From: Bacteroidales bacterium
GTDB lineage: Bacteria > Bacteroidota > Bacteroidia > Bacteroidales > PXBB01
Assembly (NCBI GenBank): GCA_028698995.1
Contig: JAQVVM010000011.1
Coordinates: 19,243 to 83,242, forward strand
Direction: 5' to 3'
DNA length: 64,000 nucleotides
This document shows, one piece after another, positions 31,501-39,745 of this stretch; positions within the stretch are counted from its first letter, which is position 1; each line of letters starts with the position of its first letter. The position numbers and the translations under genes were made by a program. Under the pieces are notes generated by a model. The model ran no database searches and was not told the origin of the DNA. It worked only from the letters and a program-made list of their open reading frames with translations.

Positions 31501-34500
31501 AGCAAAATCTTCACCAACAACCCATGAAGGATATACAGGGGTTTGTCCTGAGCCAAGTCTGTATTGTGTAATTTCTGTAATTTTAAGATTTGGCATGCCA
31601 TTCATAGCTTCAACATAGTAAGTGGTGGTATCAAATAAAACAGGGGTTACAAATGGATTACCTGCAAATAATGGTGTAGTTGATGTCATCCCATTAAACC
31701 AATACAATGAATCATTTGATATGGCTGCTATCGTTGCACTCTGCCCATAATAAATATCCATATTTGAAACGATAGGATCGTTAGGGATAAAACTTGAAAC
31801 TATTGTTTTTTCAATTGTGTCATTAAATTGTAACGGATCTCCTGCCAAATCTATCCATGCTTTTATATCAAAAATGGAATCAACATTGGCTGTTGATAAA
31901 TCAATAAGTGTTGTAAACACGTATGAGATAGTTTGATTAGGTGCAAAATTGTTAAGACTGACAATTTCGCTTATTATGGTACTTCCATTTGCCTGATAAG
32001 ACGCATTAAGAGTAGTGTTTAATGTGTCAGAACCTGTGTTTTTAATTACAATTTCTATGGTGTCAACTCCTAAACCGCAGCCAGATATTGGGGAAGTCAT
32101 ATCAATTATTGATGCTTCAATTGGAGGTATAATTTTAATGTTTATGTCATCAATGTATGCATATGTACTGGTTGGTGCACTGTAAGCCCTCCATCCAAAG
32201 TAATATACCCCTGTTGTTGGAACTGTAAAGGTTTTCGTGGCTTTAATATATGTAGTGTTCAGAATACCAGGTAGATTAACCAAAGAACTTGTCATTTGAA
32301 CAGGGTCCTTTTGAGTACCTATTTTAAGCTCCAAATTGTTTCCTGTCGTTGTTGAGCCATTTCTGTAATAGAAAGAAATCTCATAAGTAGTACCGGCTAA
32401 AAAATCAAAACAGCGACTAAACAACCAATCCTCTCCAGTATTTGATGTGCCATTAAGAAATAGTGCACTATTGTCCCCTGTATTTGCATATGTTGTACTA
32501 TTATAAGGAATTGTCCATGTTGTATTACTTCCTCCTGGATTAAAAACACTCCAGTCAGCAAAATATTGATTCGGTTCAAATCCCATTGTATAGGGGCCTG
32601 AATAGAAGTTGTGGCTATGATATAATTTGAAATTTAAAATGCTGTCATTCAGTTGATTATTGTCTCCCGATTTGGTAACCCAGAAATTAAAATTGTAAAT
32701 CCCTATGGTTGTCAGATCAACTGTTGTACTAAAAGTAAGCGTGTCTATGCCATTCATTGGTATATTTACTGCAAATGTTTGAGTGACTGCTGTGCTTCCG
32801 TCAACCTTATAAGAAGCATTTACAGATGTCATTGTGGTAGTACCGTAATTTTTAATGATAATTTCTATAACTTCTGTTGATCCCAAATTACATTCTGATT
32901 GTGCTGGAGATAATATGGCTATCAGAGCGGCATCATCTGTTGCCGGTGTGTATTCTGCTGCACCTATACATGGAGTGACTGCATTTCTTGGATTATCGTC
33001 AATGTCGTTTGGAACAGTTAAAACCGGTGTGCCTCCCTGCCATAATTGTGTACCGGTTGGGTAAAGAATCATTGGTGTAGTGTAGTTGGGGTTTCCAACT
33101 TTGGAGTTAATATCGTTTCCTGCTGGTACATTAACTGCTTGTAGGGCTGCAAGGTTTGCTACTGCTGTACCGTAATAAACAAAATTAGTACTGTTCCCAG
33201 AAAAGTAATTATTATAATTATTTGTTGCTAAAGAGGTAGTGCTTTCATAATATGCAGCATGACCATTACCTGTTCCGTTAAACGCAAATGAGTTATTTAA
33301 TACTTTTAAAATAGTGGCAGAAGTTGTAGTATGCAAGGCTCGACCAGAAACTCCATCCATGTTGACACTGTTGTAATAAATATTGATGTTTGCAGCACTG
33401 GTAAGGTAAATACCACTGGTTGTAGTTCCTGTATTTCTGAATCCGCCACCAATCATATTATTGGCAATGTGTGAAGGGCCTCCAAAAGTATTGGTTGCCC
33501 CGGAAAGATAGATGCCATATTGACCAATATCTCTTATTTTATTTGATGAGATAGTAAATGTACTATCAATATTTAGTACATAAATGTTACTGCTGAATGT
33601 GGTAGTGCTTGAGCCTGTGCTTCTTGTTTTTATGGTGTTTTTTGTAATAACAGGAGCTTTTATCTGATTTAAATACAAACCATAATAATGCACATCTTCA
33701 ATAATGTTATTGGTAACAAGCAAATTTGAAACTTTATTTGCTGATTCACCCATAATTGTAATACCGTAATAACCACCTTTTATGGTATTATTACTTATCG
33801 TTAATTTCTTAACTGTATTCCCTGTTGTTGTAGCTGAAGAATACGAGTTCGATGCAACTATGCCTGCATAATTTGCTAAGGTAGAATTTGCCGGGACATT
33901 TATGTTACAGTTTCGAATTATGATATTCTCTGATTCATTTGTGATGAAAATTCCCCATCCAAAGGCTGCTGTATCTGGAATATTTATTGTCAGACTGTCT
34001 AGGATGATATGTTCGGAATTATTTAACAAGACAACATACCTTTCGTTTGAAGTAGTAAGGGCATAATTCAGAATAGTTCCTGCACCGTTGCCCTTAAATG
34101 TGACCGTATTTGTTACGGAAATACCCTGGATAACAGGAATGATTATTCGTTCCTGATAAGTTCCCGGGTTGATATTCATGGTTACTGGACCATTAATACC
34201 ACATAGCTCCAGTGCTGTTAATGCAGCACCAATAGTAGGATAGTCTGCACCAGTTCCACCAACGGAATAATTCCCGCTAAGTATTGATGCACAAGCAAAT
34301 ACATTGACAGCAGTTGTGTCGTTCATGTTTCCCTGATCAGTTTGTCCATTAGGTAAAAAAGTCCATGCTTTTATAGTGTAGGGTCCATTAGCAAAAGTGA
34401 AATTATCAAGGAATATGGAGTTTGAGCTTTGATCTTGTGTAAGATTACCTGTCCATGGAACTGGGGCCTGAAGAATTCCATTAACGCTCCATCCTATTTG

Positions 34501-36087
34501 TGCAGATGTGAGTGCTTGTACACCAAAGTTCTTAATCCTTACATTAATTGGGGTTGCTACACCTGTTACAACAGTTCCGGTAGGATTGATGATCTGTGTC
34601 ACACCTGCGTCATTGGTGTTATTGTTTGGTGGAACACCAATCTGCATGTTTGGGCGCTGCAAAGATGTGTTGATGTACTGTGGTGCACTGCATACAGATG
34701 TATTGTCCCCATAATAATATATTATTGAATTAAAAGATGTAGCTGTTTGATTAAAAACCGCATTGCCGTTTGATACATAAGAACTGTTATTAAAACAAGT
34801 TTCAACTACAATATTACTTGTACCGTCCCATACGAATGGTGTTGTAAAAACATGTGTGTTCCAACCTACAACATCAGAATAAGTGGGCACTGTATAAACA
34901 GTTGTCAACCCGGAAATCCATGTGCTAATAGATGTTTGGGTCGTGTGACCCATCATGATGGTAAAGTTCGTAAGGGGTAACCCTAATCCTGAAACTACAT
35001 CAAATCCCAAGGATACAATAGGTCCTGCCGAAACACCCAAAGCTGATAATTCAGATGCTTTTATCAGTATTTGATGTTTGGCACCATAGTAAAAGTTTCC
35101 GTAGGGTGCCGGATAATCAGTACCTGAATTCTGTAATGTTCCTGTCCCAAGAGTTACAATATCTGGCCCTTTTTTAACGTAAAACCATTTGCTTAGTGAT
35201 TGACCTGTATTTGCAGCTGGTGAATTGTCAATGGCAAAAACCTGATAATCAACATGTGTGTTATATGATTGACTCGGTATAAATCCACTGTAAATATTAG
35301 TACCTGTAAGGACCATTCCTATAGTATCATCAGTCCCTCCATTAATTGAATATACTATAAAAGCAGAATCGATACCTGAAATATCAGTTATTTGTGCATT
35401 TACTTCAAATGGGCCTGTTATGAGTAATGTATCCTGTAATACTGGAGCCTGAAGGGTTACTACAGGAGGTATAAGCTCTGATGCTGCTGTAATTACTTTT
35501 ATGTCATCAACGAGCCATCCAAAGTTATTGAAGTGGCCGTTATTATTGCCGTCATATAATTTAAACCTTACTTTAACATTTGCCTGATTAGCTGCTAAAA
35601 CTGAAATATCAAACGTTTCTATTTTCCACCAACTATTTGTAGGAATAGCAGCATCATTAGCGGCTGACCAATCTGTAGGGTAGGATGCTGCTGTAAATGA
35701 ATTGCCAATACTTGTAAATTGTCCGGCTCCTAAGTATTCTGTTCCTGTTAATCTTGTATAAGATACACCCCCATTTGTTGATACTTCAATAGCTGCCCTG
35801 TCGAAAAATTCAAGTTTACAAATATGGGCAAACTCCAAAACAACATAAGTATTCCCAATTGTGCTGAACGAATTGGTTGTTAGATATGAAGTGTCTGCCT
35901 GCGCAACCCTGCTCGAATCTGAATAGGTTCCTGTTTTTGCATAATGTGAGGTTCTACTCCAACCTGGGGTGCCACTTGAAGTAACAGCTAATGGTAAAGT
36001 CTCAAACCCTTCTTGAAATACAGTTGTTTGGGAAAAACCAATAAAAGATAAACCAATAAAAAGTAATTGAAAAATAAACTTTTTCAT
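25519..36087 (-). CDS. Giant (3522 aa) T9SS type A cargo: mosaic of choice-of-anchor-J/MAM-like, CARDB-like, right-handed beta-helix and lamin-tail-like domains
   Basis: Signal peptide MKKFIFQLLFIGLSFIGFSQ. N-terminal FQEGFETLP...GW module. Many DAG[VI]..I..P......V.V.IKN[FY]G...L units (CARDB-like). Two long N/G/T-rich beta-helix stretches at about 32950..34270 and 28130..29560. Two GFE...W...IDDINI MAM-like modules. C-terminal NIPNPANGNTMVSY...DGIYYYTLNFGDQKLTRKLVVSK is a type A CTD (about 25522..25775). Confidence 0.9.
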   Translation of the reverse strand: MKKFIFQLLFIGLSFIGFSQTTVFQEGFETLPLAVTSSGTPGWSRTSHYAKTGTYSDSSRVAQADTSYLTTNSFSTIGNTYVVLEFAHICKLEFFDRAAIEVSTNGGVSYTRLTGTEYLGAGQFTSIGNSFTAASYPTDWSAANDAAIPTNSWWKIETFDISVLAANQANVKVRFKLYDGNNNGHFNNFGWLVDDIKVITAASELIPPVVTLQAPVLQDTLLITGPFEVNAQITDISGIDSAFIVYSINGGTDDTIGMVLTGTNIYSGFIPSQSYNTHVDYQVFAIDNSPAANTGQSLSKWFYVKKGPDIVTLGTGTLQNSGTDYPAPYGNFYYGAKHQILIKASELSALGVSAGPIVSLGFDVVSGLGLPLTNFTIMMGHTTQTSISTWISGLTTVYTVPTYSDVVGWNTHVFTTPFVWDGTSNIVVETCFNNSSYVSNGNAVFNQTATSFNSIIYYYGDNTSVCSAPQYINTSLQRPNMQIGVPPNNNTNDAGVTQIINPTGTVVTGVATPINVRIKNFGVQALTSAQIGWSVNGILQAPVPWTGNLTQDQSSNSIFLDNFTFANGPYTIKAWTFLPNGQTDQGNMNDTTAVNVFACASILSGNYSVGGTGADYPTIGAALTALELCGINGPVTMNINPGTYQERIIIPVIQGISVTNTVTFKGNGAGTILNYALTTSNERYVVLLNNSEHIILDSLTINIPDTAAFGWGIFITNESENIIIRNCNINVPANSTLANYAGIVASNSYSSATTTGNTVKKLTISNNTIKGGYYGITIMGESANKVSNLLVTNNIIEDVHYYGLYLNQIKAPVITKNTIKTRSTGSSTTTFSSNIYVLNIDSTFTISSNKIRDIGQYGIYLSGATNTFGGPSHIANNMIGGGFRNTGTTTSGIYLTSAANINIYYNSVNMDGVSGRALHTTTSATILKVLNNSFAFNGTGNGHAAYYESTTSLATNNYNNYFSGNSTNFVYYGTAVANLAALQAVNVPAGNDINSKVGNPNYTTPMILYPTGTQLWQGGTPVLTVPNDIDDNPRNAVTPCIGAAEYTPATDDAALIAILSPAQSECNLGSTEVIEIIIKNYGTTTMTSVNASYKVDGSTAVTQTFAVNIPMNGIDTLTFSTTVDLTTIGIYNFNFWVTKSGDNNQLNDSILNFKLYHSHNFYSGPYTMGFEPNQYFADWSVFNPGGSNTTWTIPYNSTTYANTGDNSALFLNGTSNTGEDWLFSRCFDFLAGTTYEISFYYRNGSTTTGNNLELKIGTQKDPVQMTSSLVNLPGILNTTYIKATKTFTVPTTGVYYFGWRAYSAPTSTYAYIDDINIKIIPPIEASIIDMTSPISGCGLGVDTIEIVIKNTGSDTLNTTLNASYQANGSTIISEIVSLNNFAPNQTISYVFTTLIDLSTANVDSIFDIKAWIDLAGDPLQFNDTIEKTIVSSFIPNDPIVSNMDIYYGQSATIAAISNDSLYWFNGMTSTTPLFAGNPFVTPVLFDTTTYYVEAMNGMPNLKITEITQYRLGSGQTPVYPSWVVGEDFAEITNLGSAPANLQGYVFDVYGEGARTYTFPSINLPAGQVLLLHIGTGTNNPTNYLYNTGGATDAIFSTSISGYALRNNTNNILDAVATNGYTFQTASGVTSNDWSNLLSTSNAGVIRIISDNNTAADWIAASSTTTQTIGSLNPQLAGSLSTGGNGCKSNRVPVTVNIIPQPFDAGIASIVSPIDACTDGSEIVEVLLYNSGANDITSGLSASYVVNNGSPVTQSVGVSIPVGDTILFTFTVPININLTVGDSTIQIKAYTTLTADGYNANDTTNTSATFSFTPPVPTANNVSIPYATSTTLNASSPYFINWYDNIAATSAVDTGTTYTTPILYSNTTFYVSSSSTQGGFQTQIGTGTLTQSYVPCYGWFDYSWSTSLFLPAELNFSGNIDTLIFYVNNTISPYTMNDQRVYLGHAAYSAFTDYSYPGTTGLTQVYQGTVTWSPGWVKIPLSTPFNYNGTSTLVLQWENHDGSYISGYPSFGASTVPSNLVKYNYDDVTFPSSVGYGATTRPNTIFVHDAPGCESAKAPVTVTVTGTPNVDAGIVSIDMPISPTNLGTQNVDVTLHNYGLNPLTAVNINWTVNGVPQQVFNWGGNLAHNTSINNVNIGTFNFTLGNHVIKAWTSQPNGVSDVFNLNDTTQTNIMAFDPLNGIYTIGGTTPDFINFTQAINALNNYGVSGPVTFKVRTGTYNEKLLLGAYNGASATNTVTFMPDAGATVSLSVADTFVVKISNAKFYIFDGSNNGTNSRDFSIINNSTNANTTAIWIASVSDSISVKNCKIAAGSNVATSTFGIYAAGTTITTSGTGNNNYLVIHNNEFTKSYFGVYVKSTSTLKNNNLLITRNFIGSNSQSDFVTFRGVDIAGANAPLVEGNEIINMQLSTSVSVSGIEIGNDVTDAKISKNRIRGLRSTSTGGYGAYGINIASGTGTSNIEISNNFLSDIIGSGYSATSTWENPFGIRVTGGTNHKIWHNSVNMHGAPTTGSNPSMSAAFIVTSSLATGLDVRNNIFANNMTGLTGSKSYSIYATAGTVFNKIDNNDYFVSGPFGTLGYFSSDILTLSNWRLITLKDTNSINVNPNFIGINNLHTFSTTINNEGAPIPAVTDDIEGTLRNVNTPDIGGFEFDPLNLDLSLMEIVSPTSNCDLSANEILIVKVKNNGLDTITGFSMSYSINGGTPVSEPFTGSLATDSVYTFTFATPANLSTNTAFNIQFHVILTGDQYAMNDTMSVYLYPKHDFYSGAYTMGFEGNENMSGWRQYDGNTDGRIWEYPFINATFAHTGTNSARFNQGSTSIGNDWFISECFDLEGGKSYKVEFWYRSSSTVSSHNLAVKLGTDATNTSTFTTTVLQMQGINNTTYQMASGIVSISTDGVYNFAWHATSPASTYVLYIDDINIRLLPPRDAGITELVNVVDLMNGGDQINLQAKVKNFGSDTLTSIPVKYSLNGGTAITETWIGTLLPDSAVTYTFATAFTVPGGQFDICAWTQLSNDGNHGNDTTCKTTFGIPLMNLPFTDDLEGGVYFYTTGATSQWQMGTPSASVINTAHSPVNSWATNLSGNYSNSSNYNLYSPRFNFSNSVNNVIGFWHWYNTESGFDGGRLQYTTNNGQTWQTLGVVSDPLGTNWYNTSNINGAPAFTGLSSGWVYSKFDLTQFNNFPVPVQFRFNFYSNVSNNNYNGWAIDDFEIFQSQIPTDAGVIAIVSPVGSVVNGSTNTVEVTIKNFGTSPLTTIPVRYRVNNGVAVQEQWTGNLQPGATVNYTFSATVSQSTSFNLCAWTRVNGDTYTNNDTICENITVTAAQYDAGVVEITAPGTQTTIGQQVTVSAKIKNFGTETLTSMSVAYDLNAGAQTVETWTGTLAPNAEVVYTFTNTYLSLSGNYVLCVKTQLANDLNTGNDKVCKTINGSVGIENVNNNALYLGQNIPNPANGNTMVSYSIPESGRVVFEIVNVIGQSIYKIEKDQTNGNHFIEIDANKLADGIYYYTLNFGDQKLTRKLVVSK
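31047..31596 (-). other. Lamin-tail-domain (LTD)-like segment inside the 3522-aa protein
   Basis: LKITEITQYRLG......EDFAEITNLGSAPANLQGYVFDVYG...TYTFPSINLPAGQVLLLHIG resembles the bacterial LTD pattern (I.E......EF.E..N.G...V.L.G[WY].......F.F....L..G). Confidence 0.45.
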
Positions 36088-36349
36088 AATCTAAATAATT
36101 AAAAAATTTATAGCTAAAGAATAATTTATAAAGTATGCATTAACAACATCAGGCAAATATAATATATTTTCTTTTATTTTGCTTTTTTTTTTAATTTTGT
36201 GAAAACTAAAGATCTGATAGAAGTTAGATTAATTCAGTGAAGGCAATTTTATATATTTCCCTTTTAGAATAAATCTTTTTATTAATTTTCTGTCTCTTTG
36301 CTTTAATGAAAATTTGAAAAATTAAATTTATTTTACTTCTGACTTACAT

Positions 36350-38605
36350 ATGTACATAATTAATGAGGATTTAGAAAAGAGAGAAATTCTTAAGAAATAC
36401 AGGTCTTTACTTAAAGTATGCAGACCCAGCATTAAACAAGAGGATAAAAAAATGATCCGTAAAGCATTTAATCTTGCTGTTACGGCTCATGCGGGCGTCC
36501 GCAGAAAATCTGGAGAACCTTATGTGTATCATCCTATTGAAGTTGCTCATATTGCTGTAAGTGAAATTGGGTTAGGGGGAACATCTATTGTTTGTGCTTT
36601 ATTACACGATGTAGTTGAAGATACTGAATATACCATCGCTGACATTAAGTTAATGTTCAATGATAAAGTAGCACAGATTGTTGATGGCTTAACAAAATTA
36701 TCTGATATTTTTGATAAAAACTCCAGCGTTTCTATTCAAGCCGAGAATTTTAAAAAAATGCTTCTTACTTTATCTACTGATGTTCGCGTTATTCTTATTA
36801 AAATGGCTGACAGACTTCATAATATGAGAACTCTTGATGCTCTGCCGCACGAAAAACAGTTAAAAGTATCTTACGAAACAACATATTTATTTGCTCCCTT
36901 AGCTCATCGCCTCGGCCTTTATAATATTAAAAGCGAAATGGAAGATTTGGCTTTCAAATATACGGAACCCGAAGTTTATGAAGAAATTCAGAAAAAAATT
37001 GCTCTTACTGCCAAAATTCGTGAGTCTCTTATTTCTGAATTTATTGACAGTATAAAGCCCTATTTAGATGCTATAGGGATAGAATACCAGATCAGTTCTC
37101 GCCTTAAAACAACAAAATCCATTTGGGATAAGATGCAAAAAAAACAAATCCCTTTTGAAGAAGTTTATGACATTTTTGCAATAAGAATCATTATAAATTC
37201 AGCTATTTCTGATGAAAAATCCGATTGTTATCGTGTTTTAGCTATACTTTATGATCATTACATCCCAAATCCTGAAAGATACAGGGATTGGTTAGCAATT
37301 CCAAAAGCAAATGGATACGAATCTTTGCACACAACTCTTATGTATAAACAATTGGATACACATAAGGGAACATGGATTGAAGTTCAGATTCGTACAGTTC
37401 GTATGAATGAAGTTGCTGAAAAAGGATTTGCTGCGCATTGGAAATATAAATCGTCACCTGAGAAAACCAATTCATATTCCGGTCTAGATGAATGGCTCCT
37501 GCAAATCAGAAATATTCTTCACGACCAAAAGGAAGATACCGCCAAACTTCTCGATGACCTGCACCATAATCTTGAAAAGGATGAAATCTTTGTTTTTACA
37601 CCTAAAGGGGATGTGAAAAATTTGCCTTACGATGCTTCTGTTCTGGACTTTGCTTATAATATTCATTCCGACATTGGTAACAAATGCATCAGTGCTAAAG
37701 TCAATAACAAACTTGTACCCATTTATCAGAAACTTAAAAATGCTGATCAGGTTGAAATTATTACCTCCAATAAACAGAAACCAAGAGAAGATTGGCTTAA
37801 TCAGGTTGTAACATCAAAAGCCAAACAGGCCATTGCTTATGCCCTCAATGAAGAAAGGAGAAGACTTATTGAAGAAGGAAAAGAAATGCTGGAGCGCAAG
37901 CTTAAAAGCTTGAAATTAAAAGCCGATCAAAAAACCATCGACAAACTTGCTGCTTCTCATAAATTGAAAAACTCTCAGGAGCTGTTTGTGGCGATTTACA
38001 AACAAACAATTTCTAAAACAGATATAAGAGCTTTTGCTAAGAAAATGAACGATGCTTTATCTATCGGCAGAGGCATTTTTAAAAGAAAAAGTGATAATGA
38101 TGAAGTAAACAGAAAAAAAACTTCTCCTATAAGCGAAGCAGTGCTGCTCTTTGGAAGCAAGATGGAGCCTATGGATTATTCTTTAGGCACTTGTTGTAAC
38201 CCTATTCCCGGTGATAGGGTATTCGGCTTTATTAGTGTAAATCCTAAAGGCGTCAGGGTTCATCGGACAAATTGTCCAAATGCAAAGCACATGTTTTCTA
38301 AATACAATTACAGAATTATTAAAGCACGATGGTCCAATAATAAAGAAGGACAGTTCCTCTCTGGATTGGTAATTACAGGCTTTGATAAAGTTGGTATTGT
38401 CAATCAGGTTACTGAAGTGATTAGAGAATTAAACCTGAATATGCACTCCATAAGCTTTGAAACTTCACAGGGATCTTACGAAGGAACTATCATGTTATAT
38501 GTCAATGACTCTGACCAACTCAAAGAACTTATGGATGTTCTGAAAAAAATTGACGGTATTACCAGCGTAAAAAGAATTTATTCTGATATCTCAAAAGTTG
38601 ATTAA
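36350..38605 (+). CDS. spoT: Bifunctional RelA/SpoT-family (p)ppGpp synthetase/hydrolase
   Basis: HD hydrolase motifs (YHPIEVAHI, LLHDVVEDT), a RelA_SpoT synthetase core (RLKTTKSIWDKM...YESLHTT), TGS (IFVFTPKGDVKNLP) and a C-terminal ACT-like domain. Confidence 0.95.
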   Translation: MYIINEDLEKREILKKYRSLLKVCRPSIKQEDKKMIRKAFNLAVTAHAGVRRKSGEPYVYHPIEVAHIAVSEIGLGGTSIVCALLHDVVEDTEYTIADIKLMFNDKVAQIVDGLTKLSDIFDKNSSVSIQAENFKKMLLTLSTDVRVILIKMADRLHNMRTLDALPHEKQLKVSYETTYLFAPLAHRLGLYNIKSEMEDLAFKYTEPEVYEEIQKKIALTAKIRESLISEFIDSIKPYLDAIGIEYQISSRLKTTKSIWDKMQKKQIPFEEVYDIFAIRIIINSAISDEKSDCYRVLAILYDHYIPNPERYRDWLAIPKANGYESLHTTLMYKQLDTHKGTWIEVQIRTVRMNEVAEKGFAAHWKYKSSPEKTNSYSGLDEWLLQIRNILHDQKEDTAKLLDDLHHNLEKDEIFVFTPKGDVKNLPYDASVLDFAYNIHSDIGNKCISAKVNNKLVPIYQKLKNADQVEIITSNKQKPREDWLNQVVTSKAKQAIAYALNEERRRLIEEGKEMLERKLKSLKLKADQKTIDKLAASHKLKNSQELFVAIYKQTISKTDIRAFAKKMNDALSIGRGIFKRKSDNDEVNRKKTSPISEAVLLFGSKMEPMDYSLGTCCNPIPGDRVFGFISVNPKGVRVHRTNCPNAKHMFSKYNYRIIKARWSNNKEGQFLSGLVITGFDKVGIVNQVTEVIRELNLNMHSISFETSQGSYEGTIMLYVNDSDQLKELMDVLKKIDGITSVKRIYSDISKVD

Positions 38606-39681
38606 TTGATTTTTGCAGCTATACCATAACTTACCATGCCATTATCACCCCATGTGAAAAATAACAAAGCTTCTCCTGGCAATACTATAAATGAGGTGTA
38701 AAAAATATCTCCATCCCAATCATCTTCTCCTAAAAAGGCATTATTAATAGCTGTTGATCTGCGGAAATTTGTCATGGTATCATTCCCTTCTGAAGCATAG
38801 GGATTGTTATAATATTTGTAAAAATAATCAGCTGTTGTGCCCGTAGCAGGTAAAGAAAAATTCCCTACACCAAGATAACCCTCAGGAGTGACATCCAGCC
38901 ATTTGTAATCACCTGCTATGGATGCTTGTGTCAGTGGTGCATTCGGATATTTTATTCCAGCGGCAAAACCAAAACCCGGTCCATTGTCAATCATCATGTA
39001 TTTACCGGGATAAACAGTTCCTGTGCTACTTACTCCTCCCTCGGTGAAAATTATTCTTGAAGGGTCTGTAGAAGACACAACCCATGTCCCTGAGCCTGCG
39101 CCTGCAAAATGCTGTGATTCGTTAAAATCATTATCATCTGCAGGTCCAAATTGCCATGTAAATGTACCATTGGGTAGTATTTCATAGCCCCCCCATAGAA
39201 AATCCTCTATGTCTTGGTATAAAAGCCAAATATACTTCCCTGCAATTTCTGATGAGCTATATTGTGTTGATAAATTGACTTCCGATGTAATACCAAAACA
39301 TAGGGAGTTCAGTTGATTGCCTGATGGAAGTGATGTTGTAAACATCTTGTCCTGCTTTTCTATTCCAAAAAAAGTATTATTGCCCACTGTAATTTCATAA
39401 ATTCCACCTAAGTTTGCCCCTGTCTTAATGACAAAAGTGCCACTGTCCGAAATACCTGTGGTTTCATTGGTATATTTAAACTTTTTGTTGGCCTTATCAA
39501 TCTCATAATTTATAATATCACCATAACTGCCTGCCACTAAGTACTTATTATACACAGCCGGCTGTATATTATTATTGTTGTTATTATTGTTGTTATTATT
39601 GTCATCATCTTTTTTGCAAGAAAATGAAAATATCGATATCATCATCAATGGCAATAATAAATTTGAAAGAGTTTTTTTCAT
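38602..39681 (-). CDS. Hypothetical lipoprotein with an Asp3-Asn11 low-complexity linker and three internal AG.Y.W[LI]-type sub-repeats
   Basis: Signal plus lipobox-like SIFSFSC, then KKDDDNNNNNNNNNNNIQ. No family recognised. It is the last gene of the minus-strand GT4 / GT-C-TPR unit, and its stop overlaps the spoT stop (TTAA at 38602..38605). Confidence 0.7.
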   Translation of the reverse strand: MKKTLSNLLLPLMMISIFSFSCKKDDDNNNNNNNNNNNIQPAVYNKYLVAGSYGDIINYEIDKANKKFKYTNETTGISDSGTFVIKTGANLGGIYEITVGNNTFFGIEKQDKMFTTSLPSGNQLNSLCFGITSEVNLSTQYSSSEIAGKYIWLLYQDIEDFLWGGYEILPNGTFTWQFGPADDNDFNESQHFAGAGSGTWVVSSTDPSRIIFTEGGVSSTGTVYPGKYMMIDNGPGFGFAAGIKYPNAPLTQASIAGDYKWLDVTPEGYLGVGNFSLPATGTTADYFYKYYNNPYASEGNDTMTNFRRSTAINNAFLGEDDWDGDIFYTSFIVLPGEALLFFTWGDNGMVSYGIAAKIN

Positions 39682-39745
39682 AATAGTTTTTTTTAATGAT
39701 TAATAATACAAATATAATATTTTTTTTATATTAAAAAAACTTTTA

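Noticed and set aside
36192-36199. TAATTTTG box on the plus strand upstream of spoT, and TATATTTG on the minus strand (36154..36161) upstream of the 3522-aa gene
   Set aside because: Both lack a -33 TTTG at 19-21 nt, and they lie 150 and 67 nt from the respective ATGs. In spacers this AT-rich, a lone 8-mer match is expected by chance, so they are not listed as features.
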